A stretch of 31,022 nucleotides of DNA from positions 1-31,022 of the forward strand of contig JABLTI010000022.1 of NCBI GenBank assembly GCA_013166835.1, given 5' to 3'. Shown here piece by piece: positions 9,616 to 19,937 of the stretch (position 1 is its first letter; every line of letters starts with the position of its first letter). This DNA comes from Promethearchaeati archaeon. Its GTDB lineage: Archaea > Asgardarchaeota > Heimdallarchaeia > JABLTI01. The position numbers were made by a program, and so were the translations under genes. The notes under the pieces were generated by a model. The model saw only the letters and a list, made by a program, of their open reading frames with translations. It was not told the DNA's origin and ran no database searches.

Positions 9616-9806
9616 GAAACTCTACTCCTTTAAAATATCTTATAACTATAAGTGTAGAACAAGGTATTGATTATTTTGTTTTAGTTGATAAAGATTATTT
9701 TATCACCATATTTGAGCACGCTTCAAATGGTCCTTGTATTAGCAAATATTTGATAACGCTTTTAGATAAAATCCCCTTTATTTCTTTAGTATTTACGGTG
9801 ATTTCA

Positions 9807-10439
9807 TTGAATGCCCAGGAAAACGAAGAAATACCTGATGTTACTCTAGAAGAAGAAACTGATGAGGAAGAGGATAAAAAGCGAAAATTCGACCCCCTTG
9901 TTCGTATGCCCAAATGGTTACGAATTATTCTCATGTTCCTTCCTGCTTTTATTTACACTGCTATTATACTCTTGGTTGATCATTATGTAGGATTTCCTAA
10001 TACAATCAACCCTATGGCTTTAATCGCTATTCCTGGTATTGCATTGTTTTTCTTGTTAGTTGTAGGTGATATGGTTTATCGAAATTTTTTCATGTACAAA
10101 ATGTTGCGTGGCGAAACTCGAAAAACTCGCGTTTATAGACAAATCATCAAAGAGAGAAAAGAAGAACAAAGTGCAAAAGATCGCTACGAGTATGAAGAGG
10201 AAGAAGATGAGTATGATTATGATGAAGCCGAAGACGAGGATTTCGAGGAAGAAGAAGAAAAAGAAGAATATGTTTATGCTGCAGAGGATGAACTCACTGA
10301 AGATGAATACTATCGTATGAAATCCTACTTATTAAGAGGTGGAATAATGACCATCCTTCTAGTTAATGCAATCGTCTTACTTGGTTTAGCAGCACTCTTT
10401 CAATTGATATTAGGAGAAGGATTCATAGTAACTTCCTGA
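9807..10439 (+). CDS. Hypothetical membrane protein (3 TM) with long acidic tracts
   Basis: Part of ORF 9570..10439; likely start TTG at 9807 after GGTGA (9797-9801). Three hydrophobic segments and E/D/Y-rich loops. Confidence 0.7.
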   Translation: MNAQENEEIPDVTLEEETDEEEDKKRKFDPLVRMPKWLRIILMFLPAFIYTAIILLVDHYVGFPNTINPMALIAIPGIALFFLLVVGDMVYRNFFMYKMLRGETRKTRVYRQIIKERKEEQSAKDRYEYEEEEDEYDYDEAEDEDFEEEEEKEEYVYAAEDELTEDEYYRMKSYLLRGGIMTILLVNAIVLLGLAALFQLILGEGFIVTS

Positions 10440-10607
10440 TAATACAAGTATCTTCCACCTTTCAAATTCATTGTTTTTTTCGATTTCCAGCTAGCTTTAC
10501 CCCTTCATAGAAGACAAATCAAGAGGAAGAAATATATTTAGCTATCTTTTTTGCAATATAGAATTTGAAAAAGTTCAGATACAAGATTCAAATTGGTGCA
10601 TTTCACT

Positions 10608-12434
10608 ATGTGTGGTATCTTTGGTATTGTCGCAAAAGAAGGGAATATTGCTCAAAAATTACTGATTATTGCTAGAAGATTGCAATATCGTGGTTACGAT
10701 TCATTAGGTTTAGCTACTTATCTTAATGGAAAAATCGATTTAAGAAAAGACATGGGAACAGTGGAAAGCGTTGTTGAATCTCTTAAATTGGATAAGATGA
10801 AAGGAAATATTGGTATTGGTCAACTTCGTTGGTCCACATTTGGTCGTCCAAGTACATTAAATGCCCAACCTCACTTTGATTGTGACAAAGATATGGTCGG
10901 TGCGCATAATGGCAATATTGTAAGTTTTTATCAAAGTAAAGAAAATCTCGAAAAATATGGTCATACAATTATTAGTCAGAATGATGGCGAAATCTGTGTT
11001 CATGCAGTCGAAGAACACTATGACACAGAAAAAGATATGGTGAAAGGAATTATCGGTGGAATTAAGGAGATGGAGGGATCGTTTGCGTTTGTCTGTTTTC
11101 ATAAGGATACTCCAGAGAAAATTTATGCTGTTAAAATGGGGTCCTCTTTAGTTGTTGGTATAGGTGAAGATGAACACTATGTTGCTTCTGATTTACCATC
11201 AATTCTCCCCTTAACAAACAAATATGTTCCACTAAATGATGGTGAAATAATTGAACTAACTGCTGATTCATACCGAATCTTCAGTGCAAAAGATGGGAAA
11301 GAAATAGTACGGGAACCTCGAGTAACTGACCTATCTGCTGAAGATGCTGTAAAAGGGGAATATGATTACTTCCTAACTAAGGAAATTCATGAACAAGTTG
11401 AAGCAACTGAACAACTTGCCTTTGGTTTAGAAAGTGATATCTTAGATGATCTCGTTGATAAATTAGCTGAAGCAGAAATGGCTTTTCTTGTAGGATGTGG
11501 GTCAAGTCTTAATGCGTGCAACGTTGGATCATATTACTTGAATAATTTAGCAGGTGTAATGTCCATTCCAGTAATTGGCGGACGATTCTTTGAGGAATTT
11601 AAAAATTATAAACCTTCAAAAAATACAGTTATTCTTTGTGTTTCACAAAGCGGAGAGACAAAGGATATTATTAATACTATTAATTTTGCGAAACCAGAAG
11701 GCTATCATATTCTAGGAATGATAAATGTACCGGGTTCAACAGTTGAAAGAATGTCTGAGGCTTATGCATACATTGGAGCTGGAATTGAACGCAGTGTTCC
11801 TGCAACAAAAACCTATACAAATCAAGTAGTCTTATTCTTAATTTTAGCAGCTCGAATTGGGTATAAAAAAGGGATTATCTCTGATAAAGAATTCGTATCT
11901 TTGAAAGAAGAGATTCACAATCTCCCAAAATTAGTAGAAAAAACGATCAAAGATTGTAATCAAAAAGCGAAGCAATTGGCAATGGAACTGTCTGAAATAG
12001 ATGCTATGTCTTTACTTGGGTATGGTGTAACTCATGGTGTTGCTCTTGAGGGTGCCCTCAAGATAAGGGAAATTAATTATATCTCTGCTGAAGCAATGTA
12101 TTCTTCGGAATTCAAGCATGGACCATTAAGTATTGTAGAAGATGGTTATCCAGTAATCTACGTTGTTGCTCCAAAAGACAAGTATTATGTGACTTCACAT
12201 TTATCAGAGGTTGAGTGCAGAGATGGACGACCAATAGTAATTGGTGAACACATAAAGGGTCTAGACAAACATGTCAAACCAGGAGATTACTTCGAAATTC
12301 CAAAATCCTCCCAATTAATTTCTCCAATTTTAGCAGTAATTCCCTTACAATTACTTGCATTATACATGTCTATTGAAAGAGGAATTGATCCAGATTACCC
12401 AAGAAATCTTTCAAAAACCTTAACAGTGGATTAG
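10608..12434 (+). CDS. glmS: Glutamine--fructose-6-phosphate transaminase (isomerizing)
   Basis: True start MCGIFG (Ntn Cys1) at ATG 10608; YRGYDS, HNGNI, SQSGET.D, ATKTY, EGALK, EFKHGP, PRNLSK.LTV. Confidence 0.96.
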   Translation: MCGIFGIVAKEGNIAQKLLIIARRLQYRGYDSLGLATYLNGKIDLRKDMGTVESVVESLKLDKMKGNIGIGQLRWSTFGRPSTLNAQPHFDCDKDMVGAHNGNIVSFYQSKENLEKYGHTIISQNDGEICVHAVEEHYDTEKDMVKGIIGGIKEMEGSFAFVCFHKDTPEKIYAVKMGSSLVVGIGEDEHYVASDLPSILPLTNKYVPLNDGEIIELTADSYRIFSAKDGKEIVREPRVTDLSAEDAVKGEYDYFLTKEIHEQVEATEQLAFGLESDILDDLVDKLAEAEMAFLVGCGSSLNACNVGSYYLNNLAGVMSIPVIGGRFFEEFKNYKPSKNTVILCVSQSGETKDIINTINFAKPEGYHILGMINVPGSTVERMSEAYAYIGAGIERSVPATKTYTNQVVLFLILAARIGYKKGIISDKEFVSLKEEIHNLPKLVEKTIKDCNQKAKQLAMELSEIDAMSLLGYGVTHGVALEGALKIREINYISAEAMYSSEFKHGPLSIVEDGYPVIYVVAPKDKYYVTSHLSEVECRDGRPIVIGEHIKGLDKHVKPGDYFEIPKSSQLISPILAVIPLQLLALYMSIERGIDPDYPRNLSKTLTVD

Positions 12435-12457
12435 TAATACTACATCTGGGGCAGAAA

Positions 12458-13033
12458 TTGGCAAAAAGAATACTGGTAATATTGGGACATCCGGATAAGG
12501 GTAGCTTTTGTGGTGCACTTGCAAGTGCATACATTAAAGGTGCAGAGGAATCTGGTGCAGAAGTAAAGAGAATAAATATTGGCGATTTGACCTTTGATCC
12601 TAATCTTCGGAAAGGTTATAAGATAGATCAGAAACTGGAATTAGATTTGATTAAAGCACAAGGACACATCAAATGGGCAGATCATATAGTATGGATTTTT
12701 CCTGTCTGGTGGAATCTATATCCTGCAATAATGAAGGGATTTATTGATAGAATTTTCATCCCAGGTTTTGCTTACAAATTCAAAAAAGGTAAAGTACTGT
12801 GGGATCGTTTTCTTACAGGGAAAAGTTACAGGTTAATTTTCACAATGGACAATACTATTCTATTATACTTCTTATTAATGTCACCAGGATCAAAATCACT
12901 TTGGGCATTAGCGAAGATATCTGGAATACGTCCAGTTAGAAGAACACGTTTCGGTAGAATAAGAAGGAAACCAAAGAAAAAGTTAGAGCAATATCTTAAT
13001 AGAGTAAAGAAGTTAGGAATAAAACAGAAATAA
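12458..13033 (+). CDS. NAD(P)H-dependent oxidoreductase, flavodoxin-2 family
   Basis: ILVILGHP...SF, WADHIVWIFPVWW, PAIMKGFIDRIF.PGFAY. Confidence 0.88.
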   Translation: MAKRILVILGHPDKGSFCGALASAYIKGAEESGAEVKRINIGDLTFDPNLRKGYKIDQKLELDLIKAQGHIKWADHIVWIFPVWWNLYPAIMKGFIDRIFIPGFAYKFKKGKVLWDRFLTGKSYRLIFTMDNTILLYFLLMSPGSKSLWALAKISGIRPVRRTRFGRIRRKPKKKLEQYLNRVKKLGIKQK

Positions 13034-13051
13034 AAGGTGAAGTTGTTGAAA

Positions 13052-14017
13052 ATGGTTCATTATAAAGAAATTGGATTTGTGAATACAAAAGAAATGTTCA
13101 AGCATGCAATGGATAATGGCTATGCCGTTCCAGCTTACAATTTTAATAATATGGAACAGATACAAGCCATAGTTCTAGCTTGTGTGGAATCACGTTCTCC
13201 TGTTATACTCCAAGTTTCAAAGGGTGCTAGGAAATATGCCAATCAAACTCTTCTAAGGTATATGGCTGAAGGAGCAGTTGAATATATGAAAGAACTTGGT
13301 GGGAATATCCCAATGGCATTGCATTTGGACCATGGAGATTCATTTGAGTTATGCAAATCGTGTGTTGATATGGGTTTCTCATCTGTAATGTATGATGGGA
13401 GTCATCATTCCTATGAAGAAAACATCAAAATTACAAAAGAAGTAGTTGAATATGCTCACAAATTTGACGCTTCTGTTGAAGCAGAATTGGGTGTACTTGC
13501 TGGAATTGAAGAGCATGTTTCCTCAGAAAAATCACATTATACTAAACCAGATGAAGTTAAAGATTTTGTTAATAGAACTGGTTGTGATAGTTTAGCAATC
13601 TCAATAGGTACCTCTCATGGCGCTTTCAAATTTAAACCTGGAAAACCAATACCACCGCTTCGTTTTGATATTCTAGAAGAAATTCAGAAGAAACTTCCAG
13701 GATATCCTATAGTTTTACATGGAAGTTCATCTGTTCCACAAGAATATGTTGAAATGGTTAACCAATATGGTGGTGATCTTGCAGGAGCTCTCGGAGTGCC
13801 TGAAGACCAGTTAAGAAAAGCTGCTTCAATGAATGTTTGCAAAATCAATATAGATTCAGATGGACGACTTGTTGTAACAGCTGTTATAAGAAAAGTCTTA
13901 GCTGAACAGAAAGGTGTTTTCGATCCTCGAAAATATCTTGGTCCCGCTCGAGACGAACTAAAGGAATTACTGATTCACAAAAATAAAAATGTATTAGGAT
14001 CAGCTAATAGGTTTTAA
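13052..14017 (+). CDS. fba: Class II fructose-1,6-bisphosphate aldolase (bacterial type)
   Basis: YAVPAYNFNN, LHLDHG, SSVMYDGS, VEAELG, SIGTSHGAFK, VLHGSS, KINIDSD, FDPRKYL; ATG at 13052 after GGTGA. Confidence 0.95.
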   Translation: MVHYKEIGFVNTKEMFKHAMDNGYAVPAYNFNNMEQIQAIVLACVESRSPVILQVSKGARKYANQTLLRYMAEGAVEYMKELGGNIPMALHLDHGDSFELCKSCVDMGFSSVMYDGSHHSYEENIKITKEVVEYAHKFDASVEAELGVLAGIEEHVSSEKSHYTKPDEVKDFVNRTGCDSLAISIGTSHGAFKFKPGKPIPPLRFDILEEIQKKLPGYPIVLHGSSSVPQEYVEMVNQYGGDLAGALGVPEDQLRKAASMNVCKINIDSDGRLVVTAVIRKVLAEQKGVFDPRKYLGPARDELKELLIHKNKNVLGSANRF

Positions 14018-14020
14018 GAG

Positions 14021-14045
14021 AATGAGCATAATAATGCTCATTTTT
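14021..14045 (+). terminator. Hairpin plus T-tract between convergent fba and glutaredoxin-like genes
   Basis: AATGAGCAT-aata-ATGCTCATT followed by Ts, immediately after the fba stop. Confidence 0.6.
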
Positions 14046-14049
14046 CATT

Positions 14050-14295
14050 TTACAATTTATCAAGAGCTGCTTTATATTCCTCTTCCTTTATCCAACCTCC
14101 TAACATCACATCACCAATTATGAGTGTTGGAATTGTTTTTATCTTAAATTTCTTTACTTCTTTAAATTGAGTTACGATATTATATCGCGAAATTTTAATT
14201 TCAGGATGAGTTTTTTCTAGTTCTTTTAACCAACGTTTAATTCTCACGCATTTTGGACATATCGGTGCAAGAATGAAGATTATTTCCTTTGACAT
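14050..14295 (-). CDS. Thioredoxin/glutaredoxin-like protein
   Basis: 81 aa, CPKC active site and cis-Pro motif TIPTLII. Confidence 0.85.
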   Translation of the reverse strand: MSKEIIFILAPICPKCVRIKRWLKELEKTHPEIKISRYNIVTQFKEVKKFKIKTIPTLIIGDVMLGGWIKEEEYKAALDKL

Positions 14296-14504
14296 TTTAA
14301 GTAACCTTTTTGATTTGAAGCAAAATGGATGAAAATAGTAAATAAAGCTAGCTACTTAGTTGCTTAGTTTGTTTCCTTTAAAAAATGAGATTATATTTCA
14401 TTTTCTATATTAAATGTCAATCATACAAATTAAGAGGATAAACCTATATTGGAGTTTCAGAATCATTTCTTAGGTTTTTAGTAAGTATTAGAAGGAATGA
14501 TTCT

Positions 14505-16217
14505 TTGAAAGTAGAAGAATTTGACGCTTTAATTGTGGGTGGTGGATTAAGTGGTTTGAGAGTTGCTATTGAATTAGTTGATACTATGAATGTAGCAATT
14601 ATTAGCAAAGTGTATCCGTTAAGATCTCACTCTGGAGCAGCTCAAGGTGGTATTAATGCTGCATTAGGCAATACCGAAGCTGGAAAAAATGATTCTCCAA
14701 AAACTCATGCTTATGATACTGTATATGGTTCAGATTATTTGGCTGATCAAGATGCAGTAATGGTTCTCGCTAAGGAAGCTCCTAAAATTGTAATTGAGCT
14801 TGAAAGCATGGGTGCACCATTCTCGCGGCTTGACTCCGGTTTGATAGCTCAGAGGCCTTTTGGTGGTGCTGGTTTTCCTCGGACATGTTATGCAGGAGAT
14901 AGAACTGGTCATGCATTACTCCATACAGTTTATGAGCAATGCATTCGGAAAGGAGTAAAATTTTTCGATGAATTTTTCCTTGTGGATTTAATAAAAGTGG
15001 GAAATTGCATTGCTGGATTAGTAGCTTTAGATATTGCTTCTGGTGAATTAGTAGTTTTTAGATCAGAATCTGTTGTTCTCGCAACAGGTGGTTTTGGAAG
15101 AATTTACAAGCGATCGACTAATGCTATAATTAACACTGGTGATGGTTTGGGGGCAGCTTTTCGAGCTGGAGTACCGATGCAAGACTGTGAATTTGTCCAG
15201 TTTCATCCTACAACACTTTTTGGAACAAATATACTTATCACAGAGGGTGCGAGAGGAGAAGGAGGATATCTTTTTAACAAAAATAAAGAACGCTTCATGA
15301 ATAAAGTTGCTCCAAAAGCTATGGAATTAGCACCTCGAGATATTGTTGCAAGAGCTATTGACACTGAGATTTTAGAAGGTAGGGGATTTGATGATAGCTA
15401 TGTGCATTTAGATCTTACTCATTTAGGTAAAGAAAAAATAATGGAAAGACTTCCTGGTATTCGAGATATATCCATGTATTTTGCTGGAGTTGATCCCATT
15501 GAGAAACCAATTCCAGTACAACCTGGTCAGCATTATTCCATGGGTGGAATTGCTTCAAAATATAAAGGAGATTTTGGCGAAACACCTTTAGATGGGCTTT
15601 ATTCAATAGGTGAAACATCTTGCATTTCTGTTCACGGTGCAAATAGGTTGGGTGGTAATTCTCTTTTAGAAACAATCGTCTTTGGACGCTATGTTGGTAA
15701 AGCAATTTTCAAGAAAGAAAGCCGCAGAAAACTAAAATCTTTTGAAATAAAGAATGCAGAAGAAGCTGCATTAAAAGCAATTGAAAAAACTTTCACTTCA
15801 TGGAACAAAAATAAGGGTAAAAAACCAGCAGATATCAGAATGGCAATGAAAACCACAATGGATAAAAACGTAGGTGTTTTTCGTGAAGAAGCTAGACTAC
15901 ACCAAACCACAATCGATTTACAAAATGTGCAAAAAGATTTCAAATCGATGCACATAGAAACAGATGATAGGAAATTCAACTTTGGTTTTGTTAGAGCATT
16001 AGAATTGAGAAATATGGTGGATATTGCAGAAGTTACAGCTTTTGCAGCACTGTGGCGAAAGGAAAGCAGAGGAGCTCATTTTAGAACTGATTATCCTACC
16101 AGGAATGACAAAGAATTCCAGGTTCATTCACTTGTAACTAAGAAAAATGGTGAGCTGATAATGGAAACGAAACCAGTTACGTTAGGTATTTTTGAAGTGA
16201 AGGAGCGTGCATATTAA
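14505..16217 (+). CDS. sdhA: Succinate dehydrogenase/fumarate reductase flavoprotein subunit
   Basis: GGGLSG, covalent-FAD motif RSHSGAAQGG, QFHPT, TEGARGEGG, ELAPRD, HYSMGG, HGANRLGGNSL, ESRGAHFR.D. Confidence 0.96.
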   Translation: MKVEEFDALIVGGGLSGLRVAIELVDTMNVAIISKVYPLRSHSGAAQGGINAALGNTEAGKNDSPKTHAYDTVYGSDYLADQDAVMVLAKEAPKIVIELESMGAPFSRLDSGLIAQRPFGGAGFPRTCYAGDRTGHALLHTVYEQCIRKGVKFFDEFFLVDLIKVGNCIAGLVALDIASGELVVFRSESVVLATGGFGRIYKRSTNAIINTGDGLGAAFRAGVPMQDCEFVQFHPTTLFGTNILITEGARGEGGYLFNKNKERFMNKVAPKAMELAPRDIVARAIDTEILEGRGFDDSYVHLDLTHLGKEKIMERLPGIRDISMYFAGVDPIEKPIPVQPGQHYSMGGIASKYKGDFGETPLDGLYSIGETSCISVHGANRLGGNSLLETIVFGRYVGKAIFKKESRRKLKSFEIKNAEEAALKAIEKTFTSWNKNKGKKPADIRMAMKTTMDKNVGVFREEARLHQTTIDLQNVQKDFKSMHIETDDRKFNFGFVRALELRNMVDIAEVTAFAALWRKESRGAHFRTDYPTRNDKEFQVHSLVTKKNGELIMETKPVTLGIFEVKERAY

Positions 16218-16979
16218 ATGACTAAGAAAGAAAAAATATTTGTTATCTACAGACAAAAAACTAGAGGTTCAAAACCAAAATATGAACGTTACAAAGTACC
16301 ACTTACACCAGGTATGACTGTCTTAGAAGCTCTTTTCTTTATCCAAGATCATTACGATCATAGCTTAGCTTTTAGATATACTTGTCGTGGTGCTATATGT
16401 GGTTCTTGTGGTATGACAATAAACAAATTTCCCCAATTAGCGTGTAAAACACAAGTAGAACCTGGTGAAATAAAAAAACACCCGAGAATACAAGATTTAG
16501 TTTTTGGGGATATTAATAACTGGGATCAAGAAAATGAAATACTAATCGAACCGTTACCAAATATGGCAATAATAAAGGATCTTGTCGTAGATATGGAACC
16601 ATTTTGGGAATACTATAGAGAAGTAAAACCATTTTTTGATCGTGAGATTAATGATATCGCTCCAGAATCAAAACAAACACCAGAAAATGCAAAGAGAATA
16701 GAACAACTAATTTATTGTATTCTTTGTGGTATCTGTTGGACCTGTCCAGTCTCAGGTAAAAGAAAAGATTACTTAGGACCTTCAGCACTAGCAAAAGCTT
16801 TCCGATTTATTGATGATACAAGAGTGACAGAAAAACAAAGAAATGTGATTTATAAAAAAGCTATGCAAGAGAGAGGAGTGCCTGCATGTGAAAAAATATT
16901 CGCATGTAATGCAGTTTGTCCAAAAGGAGTTATGCCGGGAACAGCTATAGATAAAATAAGAAAACTTGAGAAGAAGTGA
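16218..16979 (+). CDS. sdhB: Succinate dehydrogenase/fumarate reductase iron-sulfur subunit
   Basis: CRGAICGSC...LAC [2Fe-2S], IEPL...IKDLVVD, CILCGICWTCP, CEKIFACNAVCPKG; starts immediately after the sdhA stop. Confidence 0.94.
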   Translation: MTKKEKIFVIYRQKTRGSKPKYERYKVPLTPGMTVLEALFFIQDHYDHSLAFRYTCRGAICGSCGMTINKFPQLACKTQVEPGEIKKHPRIQDLVFGDINNWDQENEILIEPLPNMAIIKDLVVDMEPFWEYYREVKPFFDREINDIAPESKQTPENAKRIEQLIYCILCGICWTCPVSGKRKDYLGPSALAKAFRFIDDTRVTEKQRNVIYKKAMQERGVPACEKIFACNAVCPKGVMPGTAIDKIRKLEKK

Positions 16980-16980
16980 T

Positions 16981-18372
16981 ATGTCGAAAAAAATGAGATT
17001 AGAAAAGGATCTTTTGGGTGAATTAGAAGTTCCAGAGGATGTATATTGGGGTATCAATACACAAAGAACTTTGAGTTATTTCAACATCAGTCAACGAAAA
17101 TTTCCAAAAGTATTTCTCTATGCATTAGCACTAGTGAAAAGAGCATGCTTAAGTGCTAATCAAAAGTCTGGAATTATAGATGCTAAAATAGCTAAGGCAA
17201 TGTATCAAGCGATCGATGAAATGCTAAATGAAGGAAAATTCTTTGATCAATTTCCAATTGATGTATTTCAAACGGGTTCTGGCACTCAAATTAATATGAA
17301 TATGAATGAAGTATTAGCCAACAGAGCTAACGAAATTCTAGGTCAACCTAAAGGAACAAAAAATCCTGTACATCCTAATGATCACGTTAATAGAAGTCAA
17401 TCTAGCAATGACGTGATTCCTACAGCAATGCACCTCGCTTCCGTCAATTTAATTCAAAAAAATTTGTTACCAGCACTGGAATTTCTTGAGAAGAATTTGG
17501 AACAAAAAATAAAAGAATTCAAGGGGATCATAAAAGTTGGTCGAACTCATTTACAAGACGCTGTTCCTATACCTCTTTCAACTGAATTTTCTGTCTATCT
17601 CGAGCAAATCCGCACAACAAAGAAAAGACTAATGGCAGTTCTAGATGAGCTCTATTATCTACCTATTGGCGGAACCGCTCTAGGAACAGGATTAAATACA
17701 CCTAAGAATTTTGATCAACTTGCTGTAGATGCTTTATCACAATTGATTGGTTACAAATACAAAAGTAATCCTGTCAAAGCTGAAGGAATATCCTCTCACA
17801 ATACCATTGTACATGTAAGTAGTGTACTAAGACTCCTTGCTCTCTCTGTCATGAAAATGGCAAATGATATACGTTGGATGGGAAGTGGTCCAAGAGCAGG
17901 TTTGGGTGAGCTGCATATACCAGAGAATGAACCTGGTTCTTCAATTATGCCTGGAAAAATCAATCCAACACAATCTGAAGCATTAATACAAGTTTGTTTA
18001 CAAGTAATTGGAAATGATACTGCAATATCTTACGCGGAAAGCACTAGTAGTTTATTAGATCTTAATGTAGCAAAACCAATAATGATTGTTAATTTACTAG
18101 AGTCAATTTCAATACTATCAACAGGTATAGAGTCTTTTGTTCGATTTTGCTTGAAAGATTTAAGTGCAAACATAGACAATATCAATGAAGCTCTAAGTAA
18201 ATCATTAATGATCATTACTAGATTAACTCCAATAATTGGTTATGAAAAAGCTGGTGAAATCGCTAAGAAAGCCCATGAAACTGGTAAAACAATCAAAGAA
18301 ATAATTCAAGAAATGGATTTGAATATTGAAGAAGATCTTGATGAATTACTAGATCCGAGAAAAATGGTGTGA
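16981..18372 (+). CDS. fumC: Class II fumarate hydratase
   Basis: FQTGSGTQ.NMN.NEV, HPNDHVN.SQSSND, GRTHLQDA, signature GSSIMPGKINP; ATG at 16981 just after the sdhB stop. Confidence 0.95.
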   Translation: MSKKMRLEKDLLGELEVPEDVYWGINTQRTLSYFNISQRKFPKVFLYALALVKRACLSANQKSGIIDAKIAKAMYQAIDEMLNEGKFFDQFPIDVFQTGSGTQINMNMNEVLANRANEILGQPKGTKNPVHPNDHVNRSQSSNDVIPTAMHLASVNLIQKNLLPALEFLEKNLEQKIKEFKGIIKVGRTHLQDAVPIPLSTEFSVYLEQIRTTKKRLMAVLDELYYLPIGGTALGTGLNTPKNFDQLAVDALSQLIGYKYKSNPVKAEGISSHNTIVHVSSVLRLLALSVMKMANDIRWMGSGPRAGLGELHIPENEPGSSIMPGKINPTQSEALIQVCLQVIGNDTAISYAESTSSLLDLNVAKPIMIVNLLESISILSTGIESFVRFCLKDLSANIDNINEALSKSLMIITRLTPIIGYEKAGEIAKKAHETGKTIKEIIQEMDLNIEEDLDELLDPRKMV

Positions 18373-18392
18373 ATCCAGAAAGGTGTTGCTCA

Positions 18393-19442
18393 TTGGATCC
18401 AATAACCCATATTTTAATAGCATACAGTCTTGTTGCCTGGATCCATAAATTTAGAAAAATTCCTTATAAAATACTTGTACCTTATCTTATTGGTTCTGTA
18501 ATTCCTGACCTGGATGTAATCTTTAATTTTCTAGTATATTTTGCTCCGAAAGCATACTGGTTAGAGCATAGAGGAATGTCTCATAGTTTCATTGGAGTTA
18601 TCCCATATGTTTTTCTAGTTGCTGCTATAATGAATATTCCAAAACTAAAAAACAAAATTTGGAAAAATGAACAATATCACGAGCTAAACTTCTTGTCTTG
18701 GATAGGTCTTCTCTCACTCTATTTAGGAACACTAACGCATTTGCTTGCGGATTTCTTTGTTCCAACAGGTGAAATGATTTTATTTCCATTTTCCTTCGAG
18801 TGGTATGGTTTGAAGATTCTATCAACAAACAATATCCATTCAATTGCTGCACTAATAGCTGCTCTCTCCATTATTCCTCTGAATTGGAATAAACGTAGAA
18901 GAAATACTGCTTTATTGTTCTTCATTGTAACATTTTCCTTTTATTCATCCGCTAGAATTGCTGTAAATATTCGAGCAAATAATACCTTTAAGGAAAAATA
19001 TGGTGAGGGATTTTCTTCAAGTAATGAATTAGTCTTTACTTACAATATTAATTACAAAGTTTTGGATTCAACAAACCCAAACAATAGAACATACATAATT
19101 GCAATTATTGATGGTATGGATCAAAGCTTCATACATGAAGAAATTATACCTGAAGTTAGAATAAATGGAAATGCCTCTCAAGTTATTGAAGGTTTAATAC
19201 TCGTTAATTTGACGAAAGAGAACAATCATTATTATCGCCTTTGGCAAAAAAATCGGATTGTTTGTGTAGAAGCAGAAAAAGATTCTGCAACAAGTTGGTT
19301 AATTCGCTGGTTTGCTCCTATTAGAGAAGCAGAGAAACATATGAAAATTGGTAATTTTGAATTTCGAAGTTCAACAGAAGTAATATTTCATATACGAGAT
19401 AATGGTTTAATTACAAAAATAGTTAGACCAATTTCTGTTTAG
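18393..19442 (+). CDS. Membrane-bound metal-dependent hydrolase (YdjM-like)
   Basis: DPITH, PDLD, HRGMSHS, HLLAD motifs with TM helices; likely TTG start at 18393 after AAGGTG. Confidence 0.85.
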   Translation: MDPITHILIAYSLVAWIHKFRKIPYKILVPYLIGSVIPDLDVIFNFLVYFAPKAYWLEHRGMSHSFIGVIPYVFLVAAIMNIPKLKNKIWKNEQYHELNFLSWIGLLSLYLGTLTHLLADFFVPTGEMILFPFSFEWYGLKILSTNNIHSIAALIAALSIIPLNWNKRRRNTALLFFIVTFSFYSSARIAVNIRANNTFKEKYGEGFSSSNELVFTYNINYKVLDSTNPNNRTYIIAIIDGMDQSFIHEEIIPEVRINGNASQVIEGLILVNLTKENNHYYRLWQKNRIVCVEAEKDSATSWLIRWFAPIREAEKHMKIGNFEFRSSTEVIFHIRDNGLITKIVRPISV

Positions 19443-19454
19443 AAAGACACTTTT

Positions 19455-19811
19455 CTAATTCATTGAGCTTTCTATTGTTTTGTTGATTATATCCTTTGTT
19501 AATTTTAATTGTATTCCGTTTTCTACAACTTTCTCTAATGTCTGACTGGAGAAAAGTATCTCTATAGGCTCAGTGAGAGCATTAAAGATGGCAGGATCCA
19601 ATTCAACAACTATTTGAAATAAATCCTCTCTGATATCACAAATTTTACTAGTATCATCCTTATCGCTATCAGATTGATCTATTATTTTTGTGATTTTTCC
19701 AATTTCTAAATTATCTCCAGAAACTGCTTTTTTTCCAATCATCTCAGAGATTGTAAATACATTTTCGTCACAAGCCAATGACAATACATCCTTTACATAT
19801 TTGTCTAGCAA
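19455..19811 (-). CDS. PRC-barrel-like protein
   Basis: ISEMIGKKAVSGDNLEIGKITKII resembles the PRC-barrel N-terminal consensus; start uncertain. Confidence 0.55.
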   Translation of the reverse strand: MLDKYVKDVLSLACDENVFTISEMIGKKAVSGDNLEIGKITKIIDQSDSDKDDTSKICDIREDLFQIVVELDPAIFNALTEPIEILFSSQTLEKVVENGIQLKLTKDIINKTIESSMN

Positions 19812-19937
19812 AACTGATAGTATTTAATAGTAAATAAATGATTTGAAGTATTCATCATAGTAATATCTTTGAATTTTCAATACATCATTAAATTTTATTA
19901 TTAAGAAATATATCGTAATATTGTAAGGTAGATTGTA

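Noticed and set aside
9570-9806. N-terminal extension of the acidic membrane ORF
   Set aside because: It overlaps the start and promoter of the opposite-strand GTPase; a better RBS and TTG lie at 9797-9809.
10579-10597. ATACAAGATTCAAATTGGT upstream of glmS resembling the pdxS operator
   Set aside because: The right arm is degenerate and GlmS is not PLP-dependent; probably chance.
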